Shown: positions 28,876-39,380, counted from the stretch's first letter. The stretch: 64,000 bases of DNA from an uncultured bacterium (GCA_937863565.1 CALMGJ010000012.1:1-64000), one strand, 5' to 3'. Made by a program: numbers and translations. The notes: a model not told the origin generated them from the letters alone.

Positions 28876-30329
28876 TGAGAACCGCCGTACTGTACCCTCC
28901 ATTTACGAAAAACGGCTTGTATCCTCTGATCACGCAGAACAGGCAATTCAGATATGCTCACTCCCTTAAAGTGAAAATATTCCCGCTTGTTGCCGCATCG
29001 CTTGCAACGGTGCTGAAAAACAAAGGACATGAGGTCCTGTTCCTGGACGGTGTTACAAGGCGCATGTCCCGGTCTGATTTTGACGGGTCGGTACGGGATT
29101 TTAACCCGGAACTTGTTTTTATTGAGACCAAGGCGCCGCTCATGAACGAGATCGCAGGATATATAGGAAAGCTCCGGGAGGATCTTCCATCCTGTAGAAC
29201 GGTCCTATTCGGAGATGAATGTACATGCCGTCCTGCTGAAGCGCTTGGAAGTACGGATTGCGACTATGTATTAACGGGCGGTGACTACGATCACTTCGGA
29301 GGCCTGCTTGCGGATGCTGTCGAAAAAGGGACCGAATTGCCCCGTGGAGTGTACCTGAAGGAGAACGGGACTGTCAAGGGATCGCATTTCGAGTTGATCG
29401 GGGAATTGGACATGCTCCCTCTTGTCGACAGAGACCTGACATCCTCCGACCTGTACGAGGAAGCCTACCTTTATCATCCCTGCGCATATATTCTCACGGG
29501 CAGGGGATGCGGCGCCCGCCGCAGTGCGGGAGTCTGTACCTTCTGTATATGGCAGAACGTACTTTGGGAAAGGACAATGAGGCTGCACTCTCCGGACCGT
29601 GTTGCTGAAGAGATAGAAATGCTTGTGAAGAAATACGGTGCCGTAGAGATCTTCGATGATAATGAGTCCGGCGCTATTTACGATTTCGGATGGCTCGAGG
29701 AATTTCTTGTCCGTTTAGAGAAAAGGGATCTTATCGGCAGATTTTTCCTCTCTTCGAATGCCAGGGCGGACGCGCTTGATGAAAAGACCTGCGTTCTTCT
29801 TAAAAGGATCGGTTACAGGCTCCTTAAAGTAGGTCTGGAATCGGGAACGGATAAATATCTGTCTCTGATCGGCAAGGGGGAGACCGCATCGGAGATAAGA
29901 ACAGGTATCAAAAATGCCAAGGATCAAGGGCTCAAGATCATGCTGACCGTTATGACTGGTTTTCCCGATGAGACGGATGCGGAGGCGGAGATGACATTCA
30001 GGGCGGCAAAGGAATTGATGCTGTATAAAACGCGTTTCGGGGATTGTCTTCAAGCTTCTATCCTTGTACCGTATCCTGGTACGCCGCTGTTCAAGCTGCT
30101 TAAAGAAAGAGGTTCGATCTCCCCTGAGGCCAATGCCGACGAATATTCAATGGAGAAAAGCGTTATTGCCCACAGCATCGATGCGAATAAATGGTGCCGG
30201 AAGATATGGGGGCTACACCTCGATCCCGGATTCCTGCTGAGATCGCTTTTCACAATAAGGAATAAATACGACATGGCGACTGCCATGCGCGGAGCGGCTT
30301 CGCTGTTCGGTCATCTCAAGGACTTCTAA
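28872..30329 (+). CDS. B12-binding-domain radical SAM protein
   Basis: N-terminal FPL..ASLA B12-like domain; GRGC-x8-CTFC; VGLESG; PYPGTPLF. Confidence 0.8.
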   Translation: MMRTAVLYPPFTKNGLYPLITQNRQFRYAHSLKVKIFPLVAASLATVLKNKGHEVLFLDGVTRRMSRSDFDGSVRDFNPELVFIETKAPLMNEIAGYIGKLREDLPSCRTVLFGDECTCRPAEALGSTDCDYVLTGGDYDHFGGLLADAVEKGTELPRGVYLKENGTVKGSHFELIGELDMLPLVDRDLTSSDLYEEAYLYHPCAYILTGRGCGARRSAGVCTFCIWQNVLWERTMRLHSPDRVAEEIEMLVKKYGAVEIFDDNESGAIYDFGWLEEFLVRLEKRDLIGRFFLSSNARADALDEKTCVLLKRIGYRLLKVGLESGTDKYLSLIGKGETASEIRTGIKNAKDQGLKIMLTVMTGFPDETDAEAEMTFRAAKELMLYKTRFGDCLQASILVPYPGTPLFKLLKERGSISPEANADEYSMEKSVIAHSIDANKWCRKIWGLHLDPGFLLRSLFTIRNKYDMATAMRGAASLFGHLKDF

Positions 30330-32459
30330 GTGAAGAAACTGATATTATTTTTAATACCTGTTTTAATATCGGTATTCTATATAGACGGAAGATTACCCTT
30401 CATTGAAAGAGAAACAACTAATGAATTCCCCGCGCTTGTTTCCAGGATAGATGCCTATAGAGATGCTCTCAAAGAAGGAAATCCGTATCCCCGCTACAAT
30501 ACGGACAATTTCAATGGAGAAGAATACACTCTTCTCAATTCGCAGCCCCTTTCATATATTGCCATCGGCTGTTTATCACTTCTGACAGGCAGTATACAGG
30601 CTATAAAAATATTCTTTATGCTGGTTTTATTGATAGCCGGTCTTTCATTTTACGCCTATATGCGTAAAAAACTCGGCGAGAATACAGCGATCGGGGCGGG
30701 ACTGGTCTACCAGCTTTCACCGCAACTTTTGTTGCACACGGGATTGATGGGACAAGTAAGCGTCTCGCTATTTATTGCGATTATACCATTAAGTATATTA
30801 ATAATAAAGGCGGCACATTCGTTCCGGGACAGAATTCTCAGGTATATCTTTGCTTTAATACTGTTGTTCTTGATCGACAATCAGAGGTTTTTCATATTCC
30901 TTCCATTTCTTTATATGCTTACAATGGCGGAAAAAAGATTTTCCTCTAATCTTGCGGCGATCGGCTTGACGGCTGCCGTCCTGCTGCCCTGGGCCGTCTT
31001 CTTTTATGCTAACGGAAATACCGCTCCCGTGCAGACAAGCGGCGAGATGCTCGACCACTATTCTTTGAGAGAGATCTCTTATTTGTTCAATACTTTAAAT
31101 GTGTTCAGATATGATACGCTGGCCTATGAGCATTTTGAAGCGGATATCAAGTATGTCCTTCTGATCCCCGCAATTGTCTGCTTTGCCCTTCCTTTCTTTA
31201 AAACGGAAAAAGGACGGAAGAACATATTTTTAGCATTTATCCTCATCTTGAACCTGGCCTTGGGCCGCCGCGGGTTTATCTATAGACAAAGTATACCATT
31301 AAGTATAATTATCTCCATATATTCCATTGCCGTCATTTTTTCAAAATTGGAGAAGTGGCAGAAGGCCGTATATATTATACTAATAAGTATACCGATATTC
31401 CCTCTTTTAAGTAAACTCCCGCCTCTTTCCAATATAAGGGCGCCGGTTAATTATTTTGATATAATTCTTCCATTATTTGCCATTTCAGTAACATTTGACA
31501 TACTTGCGACATTTAAAAGAAAGTGGCTAAAGTATTTACTGATAGGTATAATGATTATCGACGCATCGTTCTTTATAAAATATTTTTTCCAGAAAGAACC
31601 CTATTTATATACTGAAGAGAGGATGAATATTCAAAAAAAGCTGAAGGACGAACCTTATTTCGCCTTCTCTCCGTACTTCAATGATGTATGTATTAAGGGA
31701 ACGAACGTTTATTCGAGTATATTTTCTTATCTCGCTTCTTCCGGATATAGGCACGTATTCTCGAGGATATCAGCCTATGAAACCTTTGAGGAGATACTGA
31801 AATTCTCGTCCTGCAAATATATAATTCTGCATGTTAAAAGATCCCCGGTAGTATATTTTAATGACAGCATAGCGATGCATTCGGAACACTTTCTCCGCGA
31901 ATATCCGGACATCAGGGGCTATTACCTTAATCTTTACAAGAGGGAGGGACTTCCGGAGTTCGCGTTATACGAACCTCCTCTCGTTCTCAACGGTCAAAGA
32001 AAAGAAGATATCCCTATGATGCTTTACCTGCTTTCAAAGGGCCGGCCGTGCATTCCCGGTTCTGCCTTGGAAGATTCGGTGATCGATCCTTCCGAGGGAA
32101 GGGCACTGAAGTATCCGGACGAAGTGAAAGAGATAAAATCCGCAGAACCGGTTCCCGTAAAAATACGGTTCACCGAAAAGTGGTCCTCAGGCCTCAAGGT
32201 CGGTATCGAAGTCCCGTTTTCAGGCTTTGTGAAAACGAGGTTCGCTTATAATAAGAAGCTCGAATTGAGCCTGGATGGAAAGCGGATCGAGAAAAAGCTC
32301 GTCTCGGGGATGTTCTGCGGGTTCTTCGCTGATCAGGGGGAGCATGTTCTTGTGTTCAAATATAAGGATATTCCCTTTGACGCGATTTTAACGGTCTACC
32401 TGTTGATTTTATTCGTTTTAACCATTATAATTTTCCTATGGAAAAAGAAAAGATACTGA
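30330..32459 (+). CDS. Polytopic membrane protein, YfhO/GT-C-like glycosyltransferase
   Basis: Many TM helices, YPRY..NG loop, C-terminal GEHVLVFKY + TM as in YfhO-like proteins; neighbour of a GT2. Confidence 0.55.
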   Translation: MKKLILFLIPVLISVFYIDGRLPFIERETTNEFPALVSRIDAYRDALKEGNPYPRYNTDNFNGEEYTLLNSQPLSYIAIGCLSLLTGSIQAIKIFFMLVLLIAGLSFYAYMRKKLGENTAIGAGLVYQLSPQLLLHTGLMGQVSVSLFIAIIPLSILIIKAAHSFRDRILRYIFALILLFLIDNQRFFIFLPFLYMLTMAEKRFSSNLAAIGLTAAVLLPWAVFFYANGNTAPVQTSGEMLDHYSLREISYLFNTLNVFRYDTLAYEHFEADIKYVLLIPAIVCFALPFFKTEKGRKNIFLAFILILNLALGRRGFIYRQSIPLSIIISIYSIAVIFSKLEKWQKAVYIILISIPIFPLLSKLPPLSNIRAPVNYFDIILPLFAISVTFDILATFKRKWLKYLLIGIMIIDASFFIKYFFQKEPYLYTEERMNIQKKLKDEPYFAFSPYFNDVCIKGTNVYSSIFSYLASSGYRHVFSRISAYETFEEILKFSSCKYIILHVKRSPVVYFNDSIAMHSEHFLREYPDIRGYYLNLYKREGLPEFALYEPPLVLNGQRKEDIPMMLYLLSKGRPCIPGSALEDSVIDPSEGRALKYPDEVKEIKSAEPVPVKIRFTEKWSSGLKVGIEVPFSGFVKTRFAYNKKLELSLDGKRIEKKLVSGMFCGFFADQGEHVLVFKYKDIPFDAILTVYLLILFVLTIIIFLWKKKRY

Positions 32460-33178
32460 TCGTCATCCCTACTCTCAACGAAAGAGAGAATATCCCTCGG
32501 CTGATCAAGTCCGTTCTGGCCCTCGGCCTGGACCTTGACATTATGTTCATCGACGATAATTCGACCGACGGGACCGCGGAGTTTATCAAATCATGCCCGG
32601 AATACGGGAAGCAATTGTTCCTTATTGAAAGACCGGGTAAACTGGGCCTTGGAACCGCCTATGTGGACGGCTTTCTATGGGGTCTCGCAAAAGAATATAA
32701 ATATTTCTTCGAGATGGACGGCGATATGTCGCATTCACCGGAATATGTTCCCGGCATGCTTCAGTATTTAAAAAGATCAAACGCGGGTTGTGTGGTCGGC
32801 TCCCGCTACGTGAACGGCGTAAGCGTTATAAATTGGCCTCTTCTAAGGCTTATCATCTCGTATTTCGCCAATGTTTACGTGAAACTGATACTGAACATGC
32901 CTGTTATCGATTCCACTTCCGGATTCGTGGTTTACGATCGGGACGCACTGTCTTCGATACCGCTTCAAAGAGTATTGTCCAACGGCTATTCATTCCAGAT
33001 AGAGATGAAGTTCAGGCTTTATAAAAAACATACGCGCATCATCGAATTCCCCATCATCTTCTATGAACGCGTTTCTGGACGATCGAAGCTCTCGAAAAAA
33101 GTGACTCTGGAGGCTTTCTTCAAGGTCGTCTTCATAAAACTGCTTTCACTCCTTTCCCTTACATGGAATTTAAAATGA
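32438..33178 (+). CDS. Polyprenol monophosphomannose synthase (GT2, DPM1/Ppm1-like)
   Basis: IPTLNEREN, DDNSTDGT, KLGLGTAY, EMDGDMSH, GSRY, GYSFQIEM. Confidence 0.88.
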   Translation: MEKEKILIVIPTLNERENIPRLIKSVLALGLDLDIMFIDDNSTDGTAEFIKSCPEYGKQLFLIERPGKLGLGTAYVDGFLWGLAKEYKYFFEMDGDMSHSPEYVPGMLQYLKRSNAGCVVGSRYVNGVSVINWPLLRLIISYFANVYVKLILNMPVIDSTSGFVVYDRDALSSIPLQRVLSNGYSFQIEMKFRLYKKHTRIIEFPIIFYERVSGRSKLSKKVTLEAFFKVVFIKLLSLLSLTWNLK

Positions 33179-35274
33179 AATTGAAGAGGATCCTGCCCTA
33201 TCTACCGGTAGCGGCAGTGTATCTTTTAACATTCTCCAGGGATATGTGGGGAGGGGATTCCCCCGAACTGATCTCTGCGGCGTATTTTCTTTCATCCGCC
33301 CACCCGCCGGGTTATCCGCTATTCACACTGCTGTTCAGGGTTTTCATGTTCATCCCTCTGAACCCCGCTATCGCGGCGAATCTTTTCAATGTCATTATTT
33401 CTTTTCTCTCGCTTGTTCTTATAGAGAATATCGTAAAGGAGGAGACCAAAAACGGCACGGCCGCGGTCATAAGCGTATATCTTCTTGCCTTTTCCAGGAT
33501 GTTCTGGTATCAGAGCATGTATGCGGAAACATATACGTTGAATCTTTTTATGACCCTTCTTTCCTATTATATAATCGTTCTGGCAAGAAGGAACAAAGAG
33601 CGTCTCAAACTGTTCTTCTTCCTTGCCGGCGTGGCTCTGGGAGGACACAATCTCTATGCGCTCGTTCTTCCCGCCTTCCTGTTCACCGTGATATTCTGCC
33701 TGAAGCCTCCGGTCCGGAATTATCCTCTGTATACGTCTCTTTTCCTTTTCGGCGGCCTCTCGGTCTATACCCTTCTTCTCGTGCGCGGCCACCACGATTT
33801 TCCTATTAACTGGGGGCATCCTTCCGCATTCGGTTCTTTCTGGACTCATATAACGCGGGGGCAGTATGAGAAGCTCGTTACCGGCGGCATATACGGAATA
33901 AAGGATAAACTTCTTTTTATAGGCGATTTCTTCAAGGGGCTCTTTTTCCAGTTCTTTTTCCTTACGGTATTCGGCACATACGGCGCTATCGTCGCTATTA
34001 AGAATAGGGATATCAGGAACATCGATAAGATCATCATTATCCTTCTCAATGTTCTCGGTCCTGCCCTTCTTATCCCTGTGCGCTTTACCGCGGAGAAAGC
34101 GGAGATCTTCTCCGTTTATTATCTTCAGGCATACGCCTTCTTCGTACTTATGCTGGCCCCCCTTGTAAAAAGCAGTAAGGTGCTTAGATATATCGCAGGC
34201 GTTCACATAGCGGCATTCCTTGTTTTGAATTTCAGATTCGCCGATCTAAGCGGAAAGCATATCTTCCGCGCATATAATACCGCCCTTCTGAAAAGCCTTC
34301 CCCAAAATGCCAGGCTGGTCACAGACGGAGACGACATCACTTTCGGCGTTCTTTACCTGAGATATGTCGAGGGTCTTCGGCCGGACATCACCTGCTATGA
34401 CGGCGCCGGGAACCTTTTCGAAGATGTTTTCCAGTTCTGGCGTTTCAGAAAAAGCCAGTCACAGGAAAGATATGCAAAGGTCATATCCGAATTTGGCGAT
34501 AAGTATGGTACGATATTTGCTTCAAGAGTACTGATGGGAGATTATTACGACAAGATTGACCCTCAATACCATTTTCTCACTGCCGTGATAGGGAAAAATA
34601 AAAATAAGAATATTCCCATTCCGGCAGATGTTTCCGAAGAAAAGGCCATTATCGAAGACTGCCGTACTAAAAGGGCGGAATATCTTCCTCTTTTCGCAAG
34701 ATATCTGACCTTAAGACTTTTTGCCGAAAATGACGAAAGCGTTCTTGGAGATGTAGAAAAAACGGGAAGACATTATCCCGAAATATACAATGACATCTCA
34801 TATTACTATTTCCGGAAAGGTGAAAGCGCAAAAGCCGCGGATATTCTGAAAAAAGCCTATGAAATGAAAATATCCGCAAGCAATATTGCCATGAACTATG
34901 CCAATGTGCTGATCGAGACCCATAAATTCGTTTATGCCGTCCAGGTCCTTGACAGGGATATTAAAGTGAACGGAGAATCCTATGAAGCGCTTTATTCCAA
35001 AGGCGTGGCCTTCTTCTCTCAGGCTCGCGCGGAAAATGAAAAGGGCGGCCGCATCAAGGAACCATTGCTCCTTGCGGCGGATAATTTCAAGAAGGCCCTG
35101 AAATATAATCCCGAAGACCACAGAAGTTATACAAATCTGGGGCTGTGTTTTCTTTTGCTTGGCGATCTGCGCGCCGCAAAGGAGGCATTGAAAAAGGCTG
35201 TGGACCTGGAACCGTCCAATGAGATCGCCCTCAATGCCTTGCTATATATTGAAAAAAACATGAAAATCCATTAA
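33163..35274 (+). CDS. DUF2723/TMEM260-like membrane glycosyltransferase with C-terminal TPRs
   Basis: GDSPEL..AHPPGYPLF, AETY, GDD..F..LYL..VEGLRPD motifs; C-terminal TPRs. Confidence 0.8.
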   Translation: MEFKMKLKRILPYLPVAAVYLLTFSRDMWGGDSPELISAAYFLSSAHPPGYPLFTLLFRVFMFIPLNPAIAANLFNVIISFLSLVLIENIVKEETKNGTAAVISVYLLAFSRMFWYQSMYAETYTLNLFMTLLSYYIIVLARRNKERLKLFFFLAGVALGGHNLYALVLPAFLFTVIFCLKPPVRNYPLYTSLFLFGGLSVYTLLLVRGHHDFPINWGHPSAFGSFWTHITRGQYEKLVTGGIYGIKDKLLFIGDFFKGLFFQFFFLTVFGTYGAIVAIKNRDIRNIDKIIIILLNVLGPALLIPVRFTAEKAEIFSVYYLQAYAFFVLMLAPLVKSSKVLRYIAGVHIAAFLVLNFRFADLSGKHIFRAYNTALLKSLPQNARLVTDGDDITFGVLYLRYVEGLRPDITCYDGAGNLFEDVFQFWRFRKSQSQERYAKVISEFGDKYGTIFASRVLMGDYYDKIDPQYHFLTAVIGKNKNKNIPIPADVSEEKAIIEDCRTKRAEYLPLFARYLTLRLFAENDESVLGDVEKTGRHYPEIYNDISYYYFRKGESAKAADILKKAYEMKISASNIAMNYANVLIETHKFVYAVQVLDRDIKVNGESYEALYSKGVAFFSQARAENEKGGRIKEPLLLAADNFKKALKYNPEDHRSYTNLGLCFLLLGDLRAAKEALKKAVDLEPSNEIALNALLYIEKNMKIH

Positions 35275-35292
35275 AATACCAGGAGAATGAAT

Positions 35293-36192
35293 ATGAAGAA
35301 GTACATTGTGATGCTTTTTTTACTCGCTGCGGTCCTGATGAACACTGAAACGACCGGCCCGAAGCTCCGTATTGCAGTATCCCATTTTGAAGATAAATCC
35401 CAAAGCTATGCCGCCTGGCAGATAGGCTCCGGCTTAAGCGAAATGCTTATCACTGCGCTTTTTAATTCGGGAAAATTCACTGTATTCGAACGCGCTGAAA
35501 TGGATAAGATACTTGCCGAACAGCAGCTTTCGCAAAGCGGTATGGTGACGCCCCAGACCAGCCTCCAGATAGGTCAGCTTCTGGGCGTGAACTATCTTGT
35601 TACAGGTGCGGTCACGGAATTTATCAATACCGCCTCTTCCGGTTCCACGGGTATTAATATCAGAGGTATTTCCGTCGGCGCGAAGATGTACTATGCAAAA
35701 GTCGTTATCGATCTGAGGATATACGATGTTACAACGGGAGAGATAATCGCGGCTGTGACAACGGACGGCGAGAACAGCGGCGCCGGCCTGGATCTCGGGC
35801 TTTACAGGGGACCGATCAATTTCAGCACTTCCAAGATCGAAAAATCACCGGTCGGTAAAGCGGCACGGGAAGCGATCGAAAAAGCAGTGCTTGCCATAAG
35901 CGAGAAAGTCGGAAGCGGACAATGGCAAGGCAAGGTCGTCACCTTCAAAGAAGGCATGGTATACATAAACGGCGGAAAGAACTGCGGGATAAAGGAAGGA
36001 GATTTCTTTATAGTCGAAAAACCGGGAGAGGAGCTCATCGATCCCGATACGGGGCTTTCTCTGGGATCGAACAATGAGACCATCGGGAAGATAAAGGCCG
36101 TTTCCGTCGAGGAAAAATACTCGATATGCGAAGTAGTGATCCAGGCGTCGGGAAGCATTTTTTCTGCGGGCTATATTGTCAAGGGGGAATAG
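35293..36192 (+). CDS. CsgG/HfaB-family protein with FlgT-like C-terminal domain
   Basis: RIAVSHF..MLITAL..FTVFERAEMDKILAEQ..GAVTEF; VYINGG..G..LIDPDTG. Confidence 0.8.
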   Translation: MKKYIVMLFLLAAVLMNTETTGPKLRIAVSHFEDKSQSYAAWQIGSGLSEMLITALFNSGKFTVFERAEMDKILAEQQLSQSGMVTPQTSLQIGQLLGVNYLVTGAVTEFINTASSGSTGINIRGISVGAKMYYAKVVIDLRIYDVTTGEIIAAVTTDGENSGAGLDLGLYRGPINFSTSKIEKSPVGKAAREAIEKAVLAISEKVGSGQWQGKVVTFKEGMVYINGGKNCGIKEGDFFIVEKPGEELIDPDTGLSLGSNNETIGKIKAVSVEEKYSICEVVIQASGSIFSAGYIVKGE

Positions 36193-36660
36193 ATGAAAAA
36201 GCTCCTTTTCATCTGCACGCTCATTCTTCTGACCGCCTGCAACAGTCCGGACGCGGTACAGGGGAAAAAGCCCGTATCCGAAAATCCCTTTCCGGATAAC
36301 ACGCAGAATGATATCTATGAAGAACCTGTGAAATTCACTCCGGAGCAGATATCGGACCTTGCGGCTCTCGAAGGGGCTATGCTGTCCGGTATCGAGGCCA
36401 TCAATAAGAATATAATCAATTTCAAATTCGGCTCGTATTATTATGTTGTGGGCCGTTCCTCCAAAGAAGGGATCAGAGAAATGAAAAGGCGTGCTGCGGA
36501 ACTTGATGCGAAACGCTGGGGAGCGATATTCATGAAATTTCTTAAAACGGGAGAAGAAGAGCTCTCTCTTAGGGGAGAATATGTGAATTTCCTTGAAGCA
36601 TTGGGCGAGTTCGAAAAGGACGGCATTGTTTATAAGATATACAGATTTAAAGTGAGGTAA
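36193..36660 (+). CDS. Hypothetical lipoprotein
   Basis: Lipobox LLTA-C. Confidence 0.65.
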   Translation: MKKLLFICTLILLTACNSPDAVQGKKPVSENPFPDNTQNDIYEEPVKFTPEQISDLAALEGAMLSGIEAINKNIINFKFGSYYYVVGRSSKEGIREMKRRAAELDAKRWGAIFMKFLKTGEEELSLRGEYVNFLEALGEFEKDGIVYKIYRFKVR

Positions 36661-36666
36661 GAAAAT

Positions 36667-37422
36667 ATGAAAAAAGGCTTTGCAATGATACTGGGTATAG
36701 CAATACTTGCGTTGATATTGACAGGCACAGGTACCGCCGATGATCCGAAAGAGGAGCAGGGCATACTGTCCTATCTCGAAGGCAGTGCGCAGAAATCCGA
36801 ACTTAATATGGAGAAATGGGAGTTCATGAAAGATCAGGATCCGGTAAAGGGCGGCGAAAAGGTCAAAACCCTGAACGAATCCCGCGCGGAGCTCAAACTC
36901 GATATCGGGAAAACGATACGCATGGCGCCTTTGACCGAAGTTGATATCCTTAAACTGTACAAAGAAGTTACGGAAAAAGGCCAGGTGAGCGATATGAAGG
37001 TCCGCGTCAGCGAAGGCCAGATCTACAGCAAGATAGACGCCCTGGGCGAGGATGAGGAACTTGAGATAATCACGCCGCTCGCTTCCGCCACGATCAGGGG
37101 CACTGTTTTCCAGGTGACCTGCGACGGCGAAGAAAAGGTTGAGCTGGATGTCATCAAGGGAGAAGTATGGGTCTATTCAAACAATATTACCGATCCCCGC
37201 GACTACTTCAAGAAGAATTGGGGCGCAAATAAAAAACCTTTCGTCCGGATCAATAAACCCTATCACAGAGTCTCAAAGGAAAAATGGATGGAGGTGATCA
37301 AGAACATGCAAAGGATCACGATCGGCAAGGACGGAACCACGGAGATCTCCAATCTCAAAGAATCGCAACTGAACAAGGAATGGCTTGACTGGAATAAAAA
37401 ACTCGACGAAGGAAAACAGTAG
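36667..37422 (+). CDS. FecR-domain secreted protein
   Basis: Signal peptide; VKT..SRAEL, TPLASATIRGTVF, VIKGEV. Confidence 0.8.
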   Translation: MKKGFAMILGIAILALILTGTGTADDPKEEQGILSYLEGSAQKSELNMEKWEFMKDQDPVKGGEKVKTLNESRAELKLDIGKTIRMAPLTEVDILKLYKEVTEKGQVSDMKVRVSEGQIYSKIDALGEDEELEIITPLASATIRGTVFQVTCDGEEKVELDVIKGEVWVYSNNITDPRDYFKKNWGANKKPFVRINKPYHRVSKEKWMEVIKNMQRITIGKDGTTEISNLKESQLNKEWLDWNKKLDEGKQ

Positions 37423-37425
37423 AAT

Positions 37426-38619
37426 ATGATCGAACTTCTGCTCGTTCTTTTCTTAGCGGTAACCGCTTTTGCCGCCGTAATAATCCTGGATTTTTTCATC
37501 AAGATATTCATCTTCCTTTTTTCTGAGGATGACACGCCGCCGGAAGCCAAACTCCGTTCCCATATTGCGCTGAATACGCTTCTTTTCATCTCAGCTGCGC
37601 TCAGCGTATATTTCCTTTTGAGATCGTTCAAATTGGGCGGCATATACGGCTCCTGGTATTATGTGATCCTAATTGCATTTTTGTTCGGGTTCTTCATCTT
37701 GGTCAAAACATTTCTTAACGGTTTCATCGGCAAGATAAAAAAGGAATTTCTTGTTAATATCAACGGTTTTGCCGCGATCATGTACATTCTGCTCATCCCC
37801 CTCACTTTCCCCGCCTATCTCGTTCTGAAAAAACACAAACAGGCGATAGCAGAGAACAAGATCTCCCCGAACCTCTCTGAGGACGAACTTCTGGACATCA
37901 TTGAACAGGATTCGGAGCTCGAAGAGGATGAGAAGGATATGATAACGTCCATAATAGGGCTTTCAGATATCAAAGCGAACGAGATCATGATCCCGAGGAC
38001 TTCTGTCGTAGCGGTAGATACCGAAGAGGATTACGATTCCATTATCAAGCTCTTCAAGAGTAAGGGTTTTTCAAGAATACCCGTTTACAGGGAGAATATT
38101 GACGAGATCATAGGCGTGCTTTATGTAAAGGATATCATAGGGGTCTCAAAGGAAGCTTTTTCGCTTTCGAACCTTATGAGAAAACCGGTGTTCATGCCTG
38201 AAACGGTCAAACTCGACGAACTTCTCAAGATCATGATCGAAAAGAAGATGCAGCTCATCGTGATCCTGGACGAATACGGGGGCACTGCCGGCATAGTGAC
38301 CATGGAGGACATTATCGAAGAGATCATCGGTGAAGTCGAGGACGAATATGAGAAACACTCGAAGGAGATCGATAAGATCGAGAAAAACACATATAAGATC
38401 AAGGCTTCCCTTGAGATCGAATATATAAATGAAACGCTCGGCGTGCAGATCCCGAAAGCAGAGAACATCGAAACAATAGGCGGATTCATTCTTTCTGTTT
38501 TTGAGAAGATCCCTCAAAAAGGAGAAACGCTCGAATACCATAATCTGCATTTCAGGATACTTGAATCCGATGAAAGAAAAATCAAATGGGTGCTTCTGAA
38601 TGTCAAACAAAAAACCTAA
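37426..38619 (+). CDS. Hemolysin/CorC-type CBS-domain membrane protein (CNNM family)
   Basis: N-terminal TMs, MIPRT, FSRIPVY, DEYGGTAGIVTMEDIIEEIIGE, CorC_HlyC C-terminus. Confidence 0.88.
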   Translation: MIELLLVLFLAVTAFAAVIILDFFIKIFIFLFSEDDTPPEAKLRSHIALNTLLFISAALSVYFLLRSFKLGGIYGSWYYVILIAFLFGFFILVKTFLNGFIGKIKKEFLVNINGFAAIMYILLIPLTFPAYLVLKKHKQAIAENKISPNLSEDELLDIIEQDSELEEDEKDMITSIIGLSDIKANEIMIPRTSVVAVDTEEDYDSIIKLFKSKGFSRIPVYRENIDEIIGVLYVKDIIGVSKEAFSLSNLMRKPVFMPETVKLDELLKIMIEKKMQLIVILDEYGGTAGIVTMEDIIEEIIGEVEDEYEKHSKEIDKIEKNTYKIKASLEIEYINETLGVQIPKAENIETIGGFILSVFEKIPQKGETLEYHNLHFRILESDERKIKWVLLNVKQKT

Positions 38620-39238
38620 GATCTCAAATGTGACAAGAACGTTCCTTACAGGGCTTCTGGTAACGATACCGATCTTCATTACGATCTATGTTCTCAAGAT
38701 CATCATCGAAGTCGGCGGCGGATTCTTCGATCCCATATACGACCTGATAAGGTTCATTGCCGGCCGTATCTCGGGTAATCCGGATATAAAGATACCGTAC
38801 CATCCGGTGATAGGGTTCGTTCTGATGGTCCTTCTCATCCTGTGGGTCGGCTCCTTAGCAAAGAACATAGTGGGCAAGGGTTTTCTGAAGTTCATTGAGA
38901 ATACGCTTAAAAGCGTTCCGCTTACAGGCAAGATCTATCTCGGAGCAAAGGAGATCTCCGATGCGCTTCTCGGGAATACGCAAAGAAAGGTCTTCCAAAG
39001 GGTCGTTATCGTCGATTATCCTATAAAAGGCGTAAAGACCCTGGCTTTTGTAACAAATGAGAAAACCATTATAGACAGGAACACGGAGGACTATATCTCC
39101 GTTTTTGTTCCGACCACACCCAATATCACAACGGGCTATTTTCTCATGTACCGCGCGGAAGATGTCATCGAAGTGGACCTGAAGGTCGATGAGGCGCTGA
39201 AACTGATCATTTCCGCGGGTGCTTTGGAAAAAAGTTAA
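38600..39238 (+). CDS. DUF502 (COV1-like) membrane protein
   Basis: FLTGLLV.IP, VVIVDYP, VFVPTTPNITTG. Confidence 0.88.
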   Translation: MSNKKPKISNVTRTFLTGLLVTIPIFITIYVLKIIIEVGGGFFDPIYDLIRFIAGRISGNPDIKIPYHPVIGFVLMVLLILWVGSLAKNIVGKGFLKFIENTLKSVPLTGKIYLGAKEISDALLGNTQRKVFQRVVIVDYPIKGVKTLAFVTNEKTIIDRNTEDYISVFVPTTPNITTGYFLMYRAEDVIEVDLKVDEALKLIISAGALEKS

Positions 39239-39245
39239 ATACCTG

Positions 39246-39274
39246 TTGACATTAAAAACGATATTTGCTATAAT
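39246..39274 (+). promoter_or_regulatory. sigma70 promoter of the tRNA operon
   Basis: TTGACA-17bp-TATAAT (perfect) with extended TG. Confidence 0.85.
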
Positions 39275-39286
39275 CGACTTTAACTT

Positions 39287-39359
39287 GCGGGTGTAGCTCA
39301 GTTGGTAGAGCATCACGTTGCCAACGTGATTGTCGCCGGTTCGAGCCCGGTCACCCGCT
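39287..39359 (+). tRNA. tRNA-Gly(GCC)
   Basis: Cloverleaf; anticodon stem CACGT/ACGTG around GCC; GTTCGA T-loop. Confidence 0.95.
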
Positions 39360-39380
39360 CTTTCCTGCTCATTTTTAAAA

